Source of the DNA: Octopus sinensis
Taxonomy: Eukaryota
Reading direction: 5' to 3'
Length of the DNA stretch: 25,996 bases
NCBI RefSeq assembly: GCF_006345805.1
Contig: NW_021834131.1
Location: forward strand, 1 to 25,996
Below the pieces are notes generated by a model. That model saw only the letters and a program-made list of their open reading frames with translations. It did not search any database and was not told where the DNA came from. The position numbers and the translations under genes are program-made. Position 1 is the stretch's first letter. Each line of letters opens with the position of its first letter. Positions 23,258-25,996 of the stretch are shown piece by piece.

Positions 23258-23442
23258 GGAAGGGGTCAACTCGATTACATCGACCCTAATGCGTAACTCG
23301 TACTTAAGTTATTAGTTTATCGACCCTGAAAGGATGAAAGGCAAAGTCGATCCCGGCGGAATTTAATCTTCGGATGTAACAGCAGATGAAATACCGCTAA
23401 GCATTTCGCCCGGTGTGCTAAGGATCATGCCAGATCGCCGAC
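23258..23442 (-). mobile_element. Second SINE family, (ATT)n-associated
   Basis: The minus strand reads GTCGGCGATCTGGC...GGGCGAAATGCTTAGCGG...AAATTCCGCCGGGATCGACTTTGCCTTTCATCC...GGGTCGATGTAATCG. Related degraded pieces lie at about 6232-6345, 17335-17435, 17474-17570 and 17957-18060 on the + strand. Confidence 0.75.

Positions 23443-23444
<2 letters not shown>

Positions 23445-23507
<63 letters not shown>
23445..23507 (+). repeat. (AAT)21 between the SINE head and the LINE 5' junction
   Basis: Perfect AAT array. Confidence 0.97.
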
Positions 23508-23511
<4 letters not shown>

Positions 23512-25996
23512 TAGAAGTCACTGCAGCACCAACGGCAGAAGAATTGGAAGAATTCTGGAGAGAAATATGGTCGGCGAACGAACCACCAAAAAAAAGGAGT
23601 ATCAAAATAACAAACTCGGCATCTGAACAACTTTGGACCCCCATAACAACTGAAGAGGTCACCCAGGCACTGCAAAGACTAAGCAACTGGAAGGCACCTG
23701 CGCATGACAAGATCCCCAACTTCTGGTTGAAATATCTAACAGGAATGCACAAAAAGCTGGCTGAAAACTTTAACAACGTACTAGCAGAGCCAGAGACAAT
23801 GCCTGAATGGCTCACCAAGGGGAAAACCATCTTAATTCCCAAATCAAATGAAACAGAAAAACCAGAAAACTACAGACCAATAACCTGCCTCCCTACTATG
23901 TTCAAGGCATTTACTGCAGTGATATCACAAAGGCTGAACAAGCACCTGGACGAAAACAAACTGTTCCCAGAAGAGCAGAAAGGATGCCGCAAAGGCTCAT
24001 ATGGCTGTAAAGATCAACTAATGATTAATAAAGCCATAACTGAAGACAGCCACAGAAAGAAGAAAGGCCTCAGTATGGCCTGGATTGACTACAAAAAGGC
24101 GTTTGATAGCATCCCCCACACATGGATCCTCGAAACACTAGCCATTAACAAAGTAGCACCAACAATCATAAAATTCATAGAGCACTCTATGAATAAATGG
24201 CAAACAGTCCTACACCTCCAAACAAAAGAGGGACTCATGAAAACCAAAGACATCCCCATTAGAAGAGGAATATTCCAGGGAGACACGCTCTCTCCACTCC
24301 TTTTCTGCTTGGCACTATCACCTCTATCTGATATGCTAAATAGAACTGGATGCGGATATAAATGTTACGGCAAAACGATCAGCCACCTTTTATATATGGA
24401 TGACCTAAAACTATACGCTGCAAATGACAAACAGCTGGAAACACTATTAAAGACAGTTCATGGATTTACCAAAGAAATAGATATGAAATTTGGATTAGAA
24501 AAATGCGCAAAAGTAACCATGAAAAGAGGAAAACTAGTTAAGAGTAACAACATCACACTAGATAAAACCAATGAAATAAAAGAATTAGACCAAAGCCAAA
24601 CTTACAAATACTTAGGAATCCATGAACTAGATAAGACACAACACACACAAATGAAAGAGAAAATAAAAAAAGAATATTATAGACGAGTTACATCAATACT
24701 AAACACAGAGCTCAATGCTAAAAACAAGATAATAGATATCAACACTTTAGCTGTCCCAGTTATAAGTTACAGCTACAATATCCTTAACTGGACACGAAAT
24801 GAACTGACCAAAATAGATAGGAAGACAAGAAAAATAATGACAGGATCTAGGATGCATCACCCAAAATCTGACATAGAAAGACTATATATACAACGTATAG
24901 AAGGTGGTAGAGGCCTTATACAGCTGGAAAACTACTATAAAATAACCACCATAGGACTGCAAAAATATCTACTTCAGAAGGAAGGAAAACTGATCCAGAT
25001 AGCGGCAAAACACGAGCAAAACCTCTATCTGTTCTCAGTATTTAAGGAAGCTGACAAATACAAACAAGAAATCATACCACGTAATAAACATGAAGAAGAA
25101 GAAGAAGATGAAGAAACAACAAAAGCTATAAAACAAATGAAATCCAAACTAAAAATAGAACAGCAACGAACCATGATAAAACGATGGCAAGAAAAGCCCC
25201 TTCATGGTAAATACTGGACTAAACTAAACGCAAAAGAAATAGACAAAGAAAAATCCCAGCAATGGTTGAGAAGCTCAGGACTCAAAGCAGAAACAGAGGG
25301 ATTTTTAATTGCAGCACAAGACCAAAGCCTCCCCACCAGAAATTACCAAAAATATGTAATGAAAAGAAATATTACAAGTAACTGCAGAATATGTGGAGAT
25401 GGACAAGAAACAATAAATCATATTATCTCTAGCTGCCCAGTCCTGGCTAAGAAGGAATATATTCACAGACACGACAGAGTTGGAACCTACATACATTGGA
25501 AGCTATGACAACATTATGGAATAACAACAGAAAAAAGATGGTATAGGCACACACCAGAAAAGGTCACAGAAAACGAGAAAGCAACCATACTCTGGGATAT
25601 GCCAATACACACAGATAGAGAAATTAAGGCCACAAGACCAGATATAGTTGTCAGAGACCATGAAGAAAAAAATGCTTTCTAATTGATGTATCAATACCGG
25701 CTGAAGACAACGTGTCTCTCAAAGAAATGGAGAAACTCTCAAAATACAAAGACCTGGAAATAGAGGTAACTAGAATGTGGAATCTGAAAACAGAAACAAT
25801 TCCTATCATAGTAGGTGCATTAGGCATGATAAAAAAATATTCAGACAAATACATAATAAAAACACCAGGACTTACAAACACATATAACATACAGAAAATT
25901 GCACTACTAGGCACTGCACACATCCTACGCAGAACACTTTCCATACAATAACCATCAGAGCATCACAACAAATCACAGCACATACCCAAGGCACAC
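23508..25996 (+). mobile_element. Young 5'-truncated R4/Dong-like non-LTR retrotransposon (RT + CCHC + restriction-like endonuclease)
   Basis: The frame is open 23508-25505 with YRPITCL, WIDYKKAFDSIPH, GIFQGDTLSPLLF, YMDD, FGLEKC, YKYLG, GGRGL, CRICG..ETINHIISSC and RHDRV. A TGA at 25506-25508 interrupts it; it continues RPDIV, then an A-run frameshift near 25675 leads to IDVSIP..KLSKYKDL, with the stop at 25951. The 3' UTR runs off the window. Confidence 0.93.

Noticed and set aside
23415-23507. ORF-track N-terminus MLRIMPDRRL-N21 fused to the RT
   Set aside because: It is read through an antisense SINE head and an (AAT)n tract that happen to be in frame; the LINE itself starts at about 23508.

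Overview
AT-rich, microsatellite-dense eukaryotic DNA, most likely an octopus (coleoid cephalopod); this is inferred from the SINE types and the (TA)n/(TACA)n/(ATT)n load. Most ORF-track entries are microsatellite or repeat artefacts. Real content: (i) two + strand exons of an ankyrin-repeat gene (5512-5666, 6636-6672) that join in frame, but across an intron starting AT instead of GT; (ii) a patchwork of transposons: a complete non-autonomous Helitron, two convergent Helitron Rep-helicase relics, several Tx1/L1-like relics, an RTE 3' end, a Gypsy protease relic, two R4/Dong-like LINEs (one nearly intact) and many tRNA-derived SINEs; (iii) the main discovery: two different, fully base-paired type I hammerhead ribozymes (7903-8009 +, 14522-14584 -). 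Each sits in a short non-coding element with Penelope-like tandem/inverted architecture, and both elements end in TTGTTGAT followed by (AT)n. All calls come from manual reading and translation; no searches or folding programs were run.
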